Source of the DNA: Candidatus Algichlamydia australiensis
GTDB taxonomy: Bacteria; Chlamydiota; Chlamydiia; Chlamydiales; JAJFMI01
Direction of reading: 5' to 3'
Length of the DNA: 64,000 nt
NCBI GenBank assembly: GCA_033977065.1
Contig: JAXCHI010000003.1
Coordinates: 512,001 to 576,000, forward strand
Numbering within the stretch: the stretch's first letter is position 1; each line of letters starts with the position of its first letter. The position numbers were made by a program, and so were the translations under genes. The notes under the pieces are model-generated. The model searched no databases. It saw only the letters and a list, made by a program, of their open reading frames with translations, and had not been told where the DNA came from. Below are positions 7,806 to 17,335 of the stretch, in pieces.

Positions 7806-9596
7806 TTATACATAAGGAATTTCTTTTGGTTCAAGTTCATTGAGATGAAGGTCTCTCCACTGCTCACTGCGCACAGGAGCAGGGCTCTGCATCATAATGT
7901 CGAGAGCTTTTAATGTTTTTGGGAAAGCGATCACATCACGAATATTATCAGTCCCACAAAGAATCATCGTAAGGCGGTCAAGACCAAGAGCAATACCCGC
8001 ATGAGGGGGAGTGCCGTAACTGAGACTTTCAACAAAAAAGCCAAATTTTTCTTCAATTTCTTCAGGAGAAAGTTTGAGTAAAGAGAAAAGTTTTTTCTGT
8101 AATTTTGCATCGTGAATCCGCTGCGATCCTCCACCCAGCTCATAGCCGTTGAGGACAACATCATAAGCAAGAGAGCGCACTTTTAGCGGATCACTATCAA
8201 GGAGAGAGGTATCGTCAGGGTGAGGTGAGGTGAAGGGGTGATGCTCAGCAACAATGCGATTCTCATCCTCATCCCAAGAGAAGAGAGGGAAGTCTGTGAC
8301 CCAAACAAATTCCAATTTTTCATTATCAATGAGGTTGCGCTCCTTTGCCAAGTGGCGACGGAGATGATCAAGCGATTGGTTGACTACGTTTTCAGCTGCG
8401 CAAGCAAAAAGTAGTAAGTCGCCACTTTCAGCATGCATTCTTTTTTCGAAAGCAGCGAGTTCTTCGGTGGAGAAAAATTTTGCGATACCTCCGGTGAGAG
8501 AGCCTTCAGAGTGTTTCATCCAAGCAAGTCCTTTTAGTCCGAAAGGCGCAACAAAAGATCCTAGTTTTTCAACCTCTTTTCGGGATAGGCTTGCCCCTCC
8601 TTTAACACAAAGTGCTTTGACAATATTTCCAGAAGCGATCCCTTCCTTGAAAATGGTAAAGTTGCATTTTTCGGCAATGTCATCAAGACGAATTAACTCC
8701 ATCCCGTAGCGCAAATCAGGGCGGTCAGAACCGTAGCGTTCCATTGCCTCCAAATGTGTCATTCGCTTAAACGGGTGAGGGATCTCTTGACCCATCACTT
8801 TTTCAAAAATGGCTGCCAACATCTCTTCTGTCATTTGTTGAATGTCTGCAGGTGTGACAAAACTCATCTCTAAGTCGATTTGATGAAACTCAGGCTGACG
8901 GTCTGCGCGCAAATCTTCATCGCGAAAGCAGGGAGCGATCTGAAAGTAGCGATCCATACCGCCGATCATCAAAAGTTGTTTAAAAATTTGCGGTGATTGC
9001 GGTAGAGCGAAAAAGTTTCCGGGAAAGAGGCGGGAAGGGACGAGATAGTCGCGCGCTCCTTCAGGAGTTGAGCGACCTAAAATTGGTGTAGTGATTTCAA
9101 AAAAGCCTTTTTGATCTAGAAAGTTGCGGGTAGCAAGCATAGCCAAATGACGCTTCTCTAAATTCTCTCCAATTTCACCGCGACGCATGTCGAGGTAGCG
9201 AAAGCGCAGACGCGTCTCCTCATGTGTTTGCGTGCCATCATCGGCAACAGCAATCGGAGGAGTGTTCGCCTCTGACAAGATAGTGAATTCTTCGACGTCG
9301 ATTTCAATATCGCCCGTTGCCATCTGCGCATTTTGCATCCCCTCTTTTCGAAGAGAGACTCTTCCTGTGACGGCGATGACCCACTCCATTCGTAGCTTTC
9401 CGGCAGCGGCATGCGCACCAGGTGAGCGTTCTGGATCGATAACGAGCTGCGTGATGCCATAGCGATCGCGCAAATCGATAAAAATCAAGTTTCCATGGTC
9501 GCGACGCTTGTGGACCCATCCGCACAAAGTTACTTTCTGCTTCTGTTCACTGCTGCGCAGCTCTCCACACGTATGAGATCTTCTATACTGGCTCAC
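7806..9596 (-). CDS. aspS: Aspartate--tRNA ligase
   Basis: RSHTCGEL, TPEGARDYLVPSR, LPQSPQIFKQLLM, FRDEDLRADRQPEF, GTPPHAGIALGLDRL. Confidence 0.99.
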   Translation of the reverse strand: MSQYRRSHTCGELRSSEQKQKVTLCGWVHKRRDHGNLIFIDLRDRYGITQLVIDPERSPGAHAAAGKLRMEWVIAVTGRVSLRKEGMQNAQMATGDIEIDVEEFTILSEANTPPIAVADDGTQTHEETRLRFRYLDMRRGEIGENLEKRHLAMLATRNFLDQKGFFEITTPILGRSTPEGARDYLVPSRLFPGNFFALPQSPQIFKQLLMIGGMDRYFQIAPCFRDEDLRADRQPEFHQIDLEMSFVTPADIQQMTEEMLAAIFEKVMGQEIPHPFKRMTHLEAMERYGSDRPDLRYGMELIRLDDIAEKCNFTIFKEGIASGNIVKALCVKGGASLSRKEVEKLGSFVAPFGLKGLAWMKHSEGSLTGGIAKFFSTEELAAFEKRMHAESGDLLLFACAAENVVNQSLDHLRRHLAKERNLIDNEKLEFVWVTDFPLFSWDEDENRIVAEHHPFTSPHPDDTSLLDSDPLKVRSLAYDVVLNGYELGGGSQRIHDAKLQKKLFSLLKLSPEEIEEKFGFFVESLSYGTPPHAGIALGLDRLTMILCGTDNIRDVIAFPKTLKALDIMMQSPAPVRSEQWRDLHLNELEPKEIPYV

Positions 9597-10870
9597 AATT
9601 TTTCCTTTATCGTTTTCATCACATCATCAATGGCAACTTCTTGCGCTGCGCGAGATTGTAAATCTTTTACTTGAACAACGTTTTTCTGTAGCTCTTCTTC
9701 ACCCATAATCAAAGCGAAATGGGCTCCACGATCGCTCGCCTCTCCAACAGCTTTGCCGACTTTTTTTGAAACAGGGCTCATCTCTGCAGCAATTCCTGCG
9801 CGTCGCAAAGCAAACAGAAGAGGAAATAGCTTCTCCTGTGCTTGGTTTGTCATGGGAATCAAAAAGCAGGTAGAGTGGGGGGGCTTCGGAAAGCTTAATC
9901 CCTGTCCATCCATCGTGTGCAAAATGCGCTCAATGCCGGTAGCAAAGCCCATTCCAGGAAGGTCTTTTCCTCCCAGCTCATGCATCAAGCCGTCGTAGCG
10001 TCCACCTGCGCCAATGCTATTTTGCGCTCCCAAAACATTCGAGGTCACTTCAAAAACTGTCTGTGTGTAGTAGTCAAGACCGCGCACCAAGCTGGGAGTG
10101 ACTTCATAAGAAATTCCCAACCGATCCAGCCATCCCAAAACCTTTTCAAAATGCGCCTTACTCTCTTCACTTAAAAAATCCAAAATTGAGGGCGCGCTTT
10201 TTAAAAGCTGCTGTTCTCTCTCATTTTTTGTATCCAAAATACGCAAAGGGTTTTGTTCAAAACGTGCCTGGCTCTCTTCTGAAAGCTCAGCAAAATGTGG
10301 CTGCAAAAATTCTTTTAATGCTTTTACATAAGATTCTCGACACGCCTTATCACCAATTGAGTTGATCAACAACTTTAACTCTTTGATCCCAAGGCGGCGA
10401 TAGATCTCCATGATGAGATCAATTACCTCAACGTCCTGCTCGGGGCTCGCATTGCCAACAGCTTCTACACCATACTGATGAAACTGGCGAAAGCGGCCCG
10501 CTTGTGGGCGATCGTAGCGAAAGTAGGGGCCAATATAAAAATATTTTCTATTTCCCGACATTTGATTTTCAACAAGCGCGCGAATAACAGGTGCAGTACC
10601 TTCAGGGCGCAAACTCATCAAACGCTTCGCTTTATCTTCAAACGTATACATCTCTTTTGAAACAAGATCAGAAGCTTCACCAGCGCTACGCGTAAACAAT
10701 TCAGTCCGTTCAAAAATTGGTGTGCGAATTTCTTGAAATCCATAATCCAAAGAAGTTTTTCGCAACACTTCTTCTAGATAAGCATAGCGATGAATGAGCC
10801 GCCATTTCCTATCGGGTTTTACCGCTTCTGGCAGAATATCAAAAGTTCCTTTGGGAGTGGAGTATTTCAT
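9593..10870 (-). CDS. hisS: Histidine--tRNA ligase (start ATG 10870)
   Basis: PKGTFDILP, LRPEGTA, FRYDRPQAGRFRQFHQ, LVRGLDYY, GGRYDGL. Confidence 0.99.
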   Translation of the reverse strand: MKYSTPKGTFDILPEAVKPDRKWRLIHRYAYLEEVLRKTSLDYGFQEIRTPIFERTELFTRSAGEASDLVSKEMYTFEDKAKRLMSLRPEGTAPVIRALVENQMSGNRKYFYIGPYFRYDRPQAGRFRQFHQYGVEAVGNASPEQDVEVIDLIMEIYRRLGIKELKLLINSIGDKACRESYVKALKEFLQPHFAELSEESQARFEQNPLRILDTKNEREQQLLKSAPSILDFLSEESKAHFEKVLGWLDRLGISYEVTPSLVRGLDYYTQTVFEVTSNVLGAQNSIGAGGRYDGLMHELGGKDLPGMGFATGIERILHTMDGQGLSFPKPPHSTCFLIPMTNQAQEKLFPLLFALRRAGIAAEMSPVSKKVGKAVGEASDRGAHFALIMGEEELQKNVVQVKDLQSRAAQEVAIDDVMKTIKEKL

Positions 10871-10876
10871 ATGACT

Positions 10877-10906
10877 ATTATACTCCGTGAAAGTAAATGT
10901 TTGCAA
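10877..10906 (-). promoter_or_regulatory. Primary-sigma (sigma66/70-type) promoter of hisS-aspS
   Basis: TTGCAA-18 nt-TATAAT, 6 nt upstream of the hisS ATG. Confidence 0.7.
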
Positions 10907-11018
10907 TTTCAAGCGAAATGAATGCCTACGTTAACAATTTTTTTGCTTAAGTTCGCTTTGGAATGCTAGCTCTTGTAGAGGTGTTTTTTGATAATTTGTA
11001 AATGTTTTTGATGCTAGT

Positions 11019-11172
11019 ACTCTGTAACAAAAAATTTTGCTATTCTTTTTAACGTGAAAGCTCTCACGATTGGGCTATCGAAAATCACCTCGTAAATACC
11101 AGGAAGGGTTGCGATAACCCAATCGCGAAAGCGTTCACGCTAAAAAAATAGCAAAATTTTATGTTGAAGAGT
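11019..11172. mobile_element. MITE-like palindromic element with TAGT direct repeats, at the left edge of the accessory island
   Basis: ~55-bp imperfect arms at 11026-11080 and 11112-11165; ends ACTC/GAGT; TAGT at 11015-11018 and 11173-11176. Confidence 0.65.
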
Positions 11173-11594
11173 TAGTTGGTAGGTATTCAGAAACTTCTCC
11201 ATTTTTCAATGGAATTAGAAATCCAAAAATTTAAAAAAAAGCATTTTAAAAACTTAATTTAAAAGGGACACTACAAAGTGTTCAGGAACGAAAAGATATC
11301 GGCCTAAACATAATGAGAATTGCGACATCGTTCGATATTTCTCTCAGATTGAAAATTTTTTTATATTTTTCTTAAATACTTTCTAATAACAGGAAGTAAA
11401 AGAAAAAGCGGAGTTATTCGACAGTGCTGGTCAGCTTAAAAATGGAAGTTGAAAGGGGAGCTATCCCAGGGAATATTTGTGGTGATTTAGAAGAACGCTA
11501 ACTTGATACTTGAATTAAATTTAAAGAGACTGTTAAGTTATGGTCAATTTGATTTACGGCCCTATAAAAATTTGTGGAGGATTGCGTAAGTAGT

Positions 11595-13667
11595 ATGACA
11601 AATCTATTAGTTTTAGGTAGCCAATCCCAGAATGGTCGAACCATATCCAGACAAGATGCTGAATTGAGATTGCGCGAATTAGTTCCAGGAACAAAAGAGC
11701 ATAGCTTATTAGAGCATGCCCTTAAGATCAAAGCGAGCGGTATTGTGGAAATTAATTTACCAGCAAGCTCTTATAAAGTTGAAACTTTTCGACGGCAAGA
11801 ATTGCTAAGAGGGGGCTTTGGTGCAGCGGAGCATATCGCGATTGGAGAAAATATTAATCTACCCGGGTTGGGTGAAAACACTCCCTTAATAACAGTTGGA
11901 ACTGTGCCTATTTTTTTTCGTCACATCGTTGCGCTAGCTGGGGATTTCTATGGCGAATTGGATAGAGTAGTAAATGGAAGACAGGTGTATGGAGCAATAT
12001 CACTTCCTGGGGGGACAAACGAGCAGAAAACAGAAAGGTTTAATGCGGCTTTTAATACACTTGCTCATGCGGATAGGAGTCAAGTTCAGAATGTAATTGC
12101 AGAGATAGAAAACGAGTATCATGCTGTGAGAAATTCAGGACTGCCCCACCACTGCTACAGCGCAGATTTGATCGAAAGAGGTAGGGTAATTGAAAAATTC
12201 AAGCCCGATATTGGTCAATTGCTTGTCGACAATAGTGATCATTTTTTTGTAAATGCAAAAGAAGTTTACTTCATTGGTCATAACGAGGCGATACGCATTG
12301 CACAAGAAGCTGGCAGAGAAAATGACTTAGAAAAATTGAAGGATGCTTACGCGCATGATGCTTATGCCTGTCACTTTCTGGAAGACCTATTTGCAGCTGG
12401 GCATATTCGTAACCAACGAGGCGCTTTGGAGTTGTTTTTTATAAATACTCTAAATTGTTCTAAGAGCATTGCGAAAGCCTTTGCTGGGTTATTAACAGCA
12501 GCGCAGCATGAAAGAGATGGAAATGAGGGTCTAAATGTTTCAAGTGAAGAGAACGGCTGTTGGAGAGTGTATGGAGATGGCTGCTTTTTTAGCCCTAAAA
12601 ACTCTGGAAATAAAGCGAAAGTAGTCCAGGCAACCCAGCGATCTATTGACGAGGTTTACCAAGCTTATCGCAATCCAAATTTGCCATTTGTGAGTCAAAT
12701 GCAAAGTTTTATACCTACAGCTACTAGCTGTAATCCGAAACCTCTCTACAATGTTTCAAACAATAGCTTGGTCTTAAATAATAGTGGCAGAGAGATAGAA
12801 ATCGATAGTATTCCAAATTATTTATTACACGGAATTCCATTAGCACTAAAGTACTTACCTAAAACTTATATTGATGGTTACTTTGTGAAATTAATCGCCT
12901 CTGTCTGCCCAGAAATGTCAGATGTTTTGTTAAATACTTTAGAGGTGGTAGGACAAATCATTTTCCCCCCCATTGAACGAATTACAAGCTCAATTTGGCA
13001 TACGGTAGGAATTGCTACTTATTCTCAGGTTAGAGAGCAAAGTGAAAGAACAAGAGAAACAGTTGATGAACTGGCTGATATTGCGAGTTCTACGCATAGA
13101 AATACAGAAAAAATTTTGAAGGAAGTAGAGAATATACAGGCACAGTTGGAAGATCTTAGACATGAAAACAGGTTTAGTCCCATTACACAAGCAGTTGCTG
13201 CTATACGGGATGCTGCATATCAAAATAGAGAGTATGGCGCGAATGCGCCAAGAAGGTATGAAAATGAAGCAGCTAGTAGAGCTTGGGAGGCCCATATCTC
13301 TCTAGGGAGGATTTTTTCTGGGCGAAGTATCATAGAATCGTATCGGTCATTTCTTAGTCAAAGAGGAAACTTGACAGATAAAGAGAAAACTCTCCGTGCA
13401 ACTCTCTGGTTTCGGAAGATGTTAGATTTTCAAGTAGAGGCTTTTGGTCTCGCTTTTTTAATGGGGGGAGTTGAAGAGGATTTTGCTCATCCTCATCTAA
13501 TGATAGATAACTTTCAACGGTTAATTGCAAGACAAGTTGAAGAAAATGCTGGATTAATAGATAAAAAATTAATTTTTGAATCTGAATCTTATATACAGCA
13601 GCAGATAGACATATTGCAATTAGAGAGTGTTTTTAAGATTCAGGCTAGAAACTTAATAAGGGGGTGA
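11595..13667 (+). CDS. Zn-dependent phospholipase C-like protein (Legionella PlcA/B/C / Pseudomonas fluorescens PC-PLC type) with C-terminal coiled-coil extension (ORF track start 11574)
   Basis: IVALAGDFYG, NSDHF, YACHFLEDLFAAGH (matches the FxxH(F/Y)LxDxFAxGH signature), HERDGNEGL, WRVYGDG. Confidence 0.75.
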   Translation: MTNLLVLGSQSQNGRTISRQDAELRLRELVPGTKEHSLLEHALKIKASGIVEINLPASSYKVETFRRQELLRGGFGAAEHIAIGENINLPGLGENTPLITVGTVPIFFRHIVALAGDFYGELDRVVNGRQVYGAISLPGGTNEQKTERFNAAFNTLAHADRSQVQNVIAEIENEYHAVRNSGLPHHCYSADLIERGRVIEKFKPDIGQLLVDNSDHFFVNAKEVYFIGHNEAIRIAQEAGRENDLEKLKDAYAHDAYACHFLEDLFAAGHIRNQRGALELFFINTLNCSKSIAKAFAGLLTAAQHERDGNEGLNVSSEENGCWRVYGDGCFFSPKNSGNKAKVVQATQRSIDEVYQAYRNPNLPFVSQMQSFIPTATSCNPKPLYNVSNNSLVLNNSGREIEIDSIPNYLLHGIPLALKYLPKTYIDGYFVKLIASVCPEMSDVLLNTLEVVGQIIFPPIERITSSIWHTVGIATYSQVREQSERTRETVDELADIASSTHRNTEKILKEVENIQAQLEDLRHENRFSPITQAVAAIRDAAYQNREYGANAPRRYENEAASRAWEAHISLGRIFSGRSIIESYRSFLSQRGNLTDKEKTLRATLWFRKMLDFQVEAFGLAFLMGGVEEDFAHPHLMIDNFQRLIARQVEENAGLIDKKLIFESESYIQQQIDILQLESVFKIQARNLIRG

Positions 13668-16600
13668 TCATTAATATGTTAAATCCAATAAATAGCTTGT
13701 GGTGTGTAAGAGAGTATTGTAGCAAAGGATCTATCGAGCAATCTTTGCCAGTTAATATAGAAGATGGGGTTAATCTAATTAGAAGGCTTCTTGATAAAGA
13801 TGTGATTTGTAGACATGATCTGAAAAAAGTAAATCAAACATATGAAAAAATTGATGATTTAGAAAAAAGAGCACACCAAATTTCACGTAATGGAAGCTAT
13901 GAGGTAGTGGAGTTAGTGGCGAATAGAGTTATTTTGCTTTTAAATCAGCAGAGAATTGGTGCTAAGGAGCTAATATCTTTATATCAACTTCAGCAGTTTT
14001 CACAATTAAAGGAAACTATTAGCACATGTTTTGGACATAAGCGGCGCGAATTTTTTGATAACTCTTCCACAATTGAAGAACTAGCTCGTCACATGCCTTG
14101 TTGTATTTCGACCAGTAATTTTGAAGAAGAGATAGTATCTTTATTTGGTTCTCATACTAGAAATGAAAAAACTAATGGAATTTTGGATGAGAAAAGAAGA
14201 GATATTCAGGCTCATGAGGATAGACTAAGGCAAATCGAAGAAAGGAAGTCTGAGTTAGCTAGGATGAGAAGAGCAAATCCAGGACAGTATCCGCCCTATT
14301 TTGATGAGCTTCTTGAATATGGGTACTTATCACTGTATGACCATTTACTAAGGATGAGAGTTTTTTCTTCAGGTTCTGAGCGCGAAGCAGCGATTAGAAG
14401 AAGTGCATTTTCTAGTATCTCCCTTATAATAGCAGAGACTAGGGAAGCAATTATACGAAAGGTTGAAAACTCCATTCCTGCAAATGCGCGTGATATCGTA
14501 TTTCTTTTAGGTGGTGCGAGATCGGGCAAATCGACTACGTTCTGTTTTCTTCGAGGTGACAGAATGCAAAAAATTGGGGATTCCTTCTATGAATCGATCA
14601 ATGATAATGGGGCAATCATAGGCAACAGAGAAAATATGTCTTCTACATTTTTGCCAAATATTCAAGTCTCTGGCGACGTTGTAATTGTAGACTTTCCTGG
14701 TTTCAGTGACTTTGGTGGGCAGCCTACTGAGATAGGCATTGAATTTGCTCTAAAAGCACTTATTGCAAGGTATAATCCAAAAATCTTAATTTTGGAGCCG
14801 ATTACCAATATAAACGATGGGTATGCTTCGATGCAAAGACTTAATATGCGCATTTCCCGGATCCTAAGCGATACAAGTAGCTGTATGTTGGGGGTTACAA
14901 AGTACTCTAGAAACCCTGCTGTGATAAGAATCCAACAACTAGAGTCAGCGAGCCCAAGCCCTGATGAAATTGCAATTGAAAGCGGGATTAGAGCTCTGTC
15001 TGAACTTCATTTACCTAATCTAGAAAGAAGTATTGAAGAGCAGCAAAGAGAATTGCACAGAAGACTTTTGGAGCTACAGCAAAGAAGACAAAACCAGCAA
15101 AGAAGGGAGTTGAGAGAGTGCCAGGAAGCAATAAGAACAATTGAAGATAATTTGCTTAGAGAAAGTGGCCTTGGAACAATAGTTAGATTAAAAAACTTAG
15201 AAGATCGAGATTATTTAGACGAATGTTTAAGTGTTATTCGCAATCATCCTCAATCTGGTAGGGTAAATACCATCCACACGCTTTCTTCAGAAAATAGAGA
15301 ATTTTTAAGGGAAATGATAAATGCTGACTTGCTAGAAAAAGCGAGGGCTGAAAATGGCTACTGTGATCAGTTTGAAAGTGTTTCCGAATTTGAGCAGAGT
15401 GTTAGAAGACATAGCTTAGTAAAAACTATTTTTTCTTACTCTAAACCTGAAATCGGAAAGTTTTTTCACCTGCCTGAAATGGAAACTAGCCTTGTAACTT
15501 ATGTTGATAAACTTATTGTAAGCGAGTGCATAGATAGTTACGTTAGATACATAGTCAACAAGATTGATTTTAGGCAGACAAGATATGTGCTGGATAGATT
15601 AAGAGAAAGACTTGGTGAAGAAGGAACCCAAAACGCTGAATCTGAGCTCAACGCAATACAGGATTATATATGTCGTTTAGAGAACATCGAGCCCAGAGAT
15701 ATAGATGATCTAGGGGCGAAGTGGGAGCAAATCCAGAGACAGAATCTTGAAGCCATAAATCGTTTTTCAAGAAACCTTGAGACAGAGCTTGGATGGACAG
15801 GGCTAGGCAAATTTTTTGCTTGCCTGCCTTTTGGGATTCCTTTTGGTCTTGATAGATACATTCCTGATCAGCAGATAAGGCAGAGTATCGAAGCCTATTC
15901 TGCTTCAAGGGTATTGGAAAACCTTGAGAGCGAATATAAGTCTTTATTTCAAACACGGAATTCTTTGATGAAGCTAAGAAATATAAGAAATTTTATCAGT
16001 GCACACGGTGAGATAAGTAACACTCTTCAGGCAAACCCCTTAGATTTGTCTTCAGTGGAAAATTTCGTCAGTTCTGTGAACAGAAGAGTCAATGAAGCCC
16101 GTAATCTCTGTGGCAGAGACGAATGGGATACAAGCATGTCCTTTTTAGCTAATAGACTGGAGAGTTTTTTTAGAGAAGTTCAAAACACGCATATCCCATT
16201 TTTTGGAGGGGCAGCTGCCATTAGCTTGCTTTTATATATTCAAGAGGGTTTAGCCTATGACTTCATTCAAATTGAGGGAGAAAATTCGACTTTCCAGCAG
16301 TTGCTAGAATTGTATGAAACAAGAAGTAGCGGAGAGCTGCTTTTTGTTAGAAATAATGGAAGACTTTTTTCAATGGGTAGGTGTGCGGAGCTAAAAAATG
16401 AAATAAATGCAGGTACTTTTCCGAATGCGCCAAGAAATTGGCAATCCGTTTTGAAGGTTCTAAAGTGGGATCGTTTCGTAAGACACGACAGAGTAACAGC
16501 TGCTTTTGCTGGATTTGTACATGTTAGAGAAGCAGCTCAGAGTTCATATTCTGATTTTAGAGCAGCTAATGTAGACGCAATTAGTAAAGCTTGTGATGCT

Positions 16601-17335
16601 AACAGGGCAAATAGTGATGATACCGTTGCGCGCGTGCGCGACGAAGCCGAAAATGTTTATCTAGCTAAATCTGAAATTATTAATAGGTGTCTAAATATGC
16701 TTGATCAAGCAAGCCCCGCTGGAAATACAAGAGATCCGATAGACTACGCCCGGTATAACACTATTTATTTTAATTGTAGTGAAATTGCTTTAGCTTACGC
16801 GAGATATGCTAATGCTGTATCTGCTAATAACCCCTCTTTAAACACAAGTAATTTGGCATATAAAGCTTTCAGTGCCTATACAAAGGCAGCAAATATTGCA
16901 GCCATAGCTGCAGCTAGTGCTGGGTACTCTTTCGATCGAATTGGAGAAGATAGCAGGCGTCTTGTGTCTGGAGTTGTTGATTTGGGAATAAACCCAATAG
17001 ACTGGGTACGTAAAACCTTGGGTGGCCGATGGTTTGGGAGTGATTTTGAAATATCCAGTCAGCTTCAAGAAGCTGGTTTGGATAATACGTTAGCAAATGA
17101 GTTGTTAAGAACAGGTAGGGTTTTTATTGCAAATACAACAGCAATAAATCAAGTAGAAGATGTTGGTTTATACAGATCAGTAGATCAGCTAAGTATTTGT
17201 GATCTTTGGAAGTGTTTTTCCGAGGCATTAAGTGATTTAGACATCGATTTCCGTTTACCCTTATCAAAAGTGTTGTTGGAGGCTGTTATTCTTAGAGAGT
17301 GTCCATTAAAAATAACAAATGAGGAGGTAGTATGA
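13664..17335 (+). CDS. Large P-loop GTPase-domain / coiled-coil protein, paralog 1
   Basis: G1 GGARSGKST, G2 T in STFLPN, G3 DFPG, G4-like VTKY, then a Q/E/R-rich coiled coil; GTGA overlap with the upstream stop. Confidence 0.75.
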   Translation: MIINMLNPINSLWCVREYCSKGSIEQSLPVNIEDGVNLIRRLLDKDVICRHDLKKVNQTYEKIDDLEKRAHQISRNGSYEVVELVANRVILLLNQQRIGAKELISLYQLQQFSQLKETISTCFGHKRREFFDNSSTIEELARHMPCCISTSNFEEEIVSLFGSHTRNEKTNGILDEKRRDIQAHEDRLRQIEERKSELARMRRANPGQYPPYFDELLEYGYLSLYDHLLRMRVFSSGSEREAAIRRSAFSSISLIIAETREAIIRKVENSIPANARDIVFLLGGARSGKSTTFCFLRGDRMQKIGDSFYESINDNGAIIGNRENMSSTFLPNIQVSGDVVIVDFPGFSDFGGQPTEIGIEFALKALIARYNPKILILEPITNINDGYASMQRLNMRISRILSDTSSCMLGVTKYSRNPAVIRIQQLESASPSPDEIAIESGIRALSELHLPNLERSIEEQQRELHRRLLELQQRRQNQQRRELRECQEAIRTIEDNLLRESGLGTIVRLKNLEDRDYLDECLSVIRNHPQSGRVNTIHTLSSENREFLREMINADLLEKARAENGYCDQFESVSEFEQSVRRHSLVKTIFSYSKPEIGKFFHLPEMETSLVTYVDKLIVSECIDSYVRYIVNKIDFRQTRYVLDRLRERLGEEGTQNAESELNAIQDYICRLENIEPRDIDDLGAKWEQIQRQNLEAINRFSRNLETELGWTGLGKFFACLPFGIPFGLDRYIPDQQIRQSIEAYSASRVLENLESEYKSLFQTRNSLMKLRNIRNFISAHGEISNTLQANPLDLSSVENFVSSVNRRVNEARNLCGRDEWDTSMSFLANRLESFFREVQNTHIPFFGGAAAISLLLYIQEGLAYDFIQIEGENSTFQQLLELYETRSSGELLFVRNNGRLFSMGRCAELKNEINAGTFPNAPRNWQSVLKVLKWDRFVRHDRVTAAFAGFVHVREAAQSSYSDFRAANVDAISKACDANRANSDDTVARVRDEAENVYLAKSEIINRCLNMLDQASPAGNTRDPIDYARYNTIYFNCSEIALAYARYANAVSANNPSLNTSNLAYKAFSAYTKAANIAAIAAASAGYSFDRIGEDSRRLVSGVVDLGINPIDWVRKTLGGRWFGSDFEISSQLQEAGLDNTLANELLRTGRVFIANTTAINQVEDVGLYRSVDQLSICDLWKCFSEALSDLDIDFRLPLSKVLLEAVILRECPLKITNEEVV

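Noticed and set aside
11019..11172. Possible CRISPR array or integron attC sites among the palindromes
   Set aside because: No repeat-spacer periodicity, no cas or integrase gene, and the hairpins are unrelated in sequence
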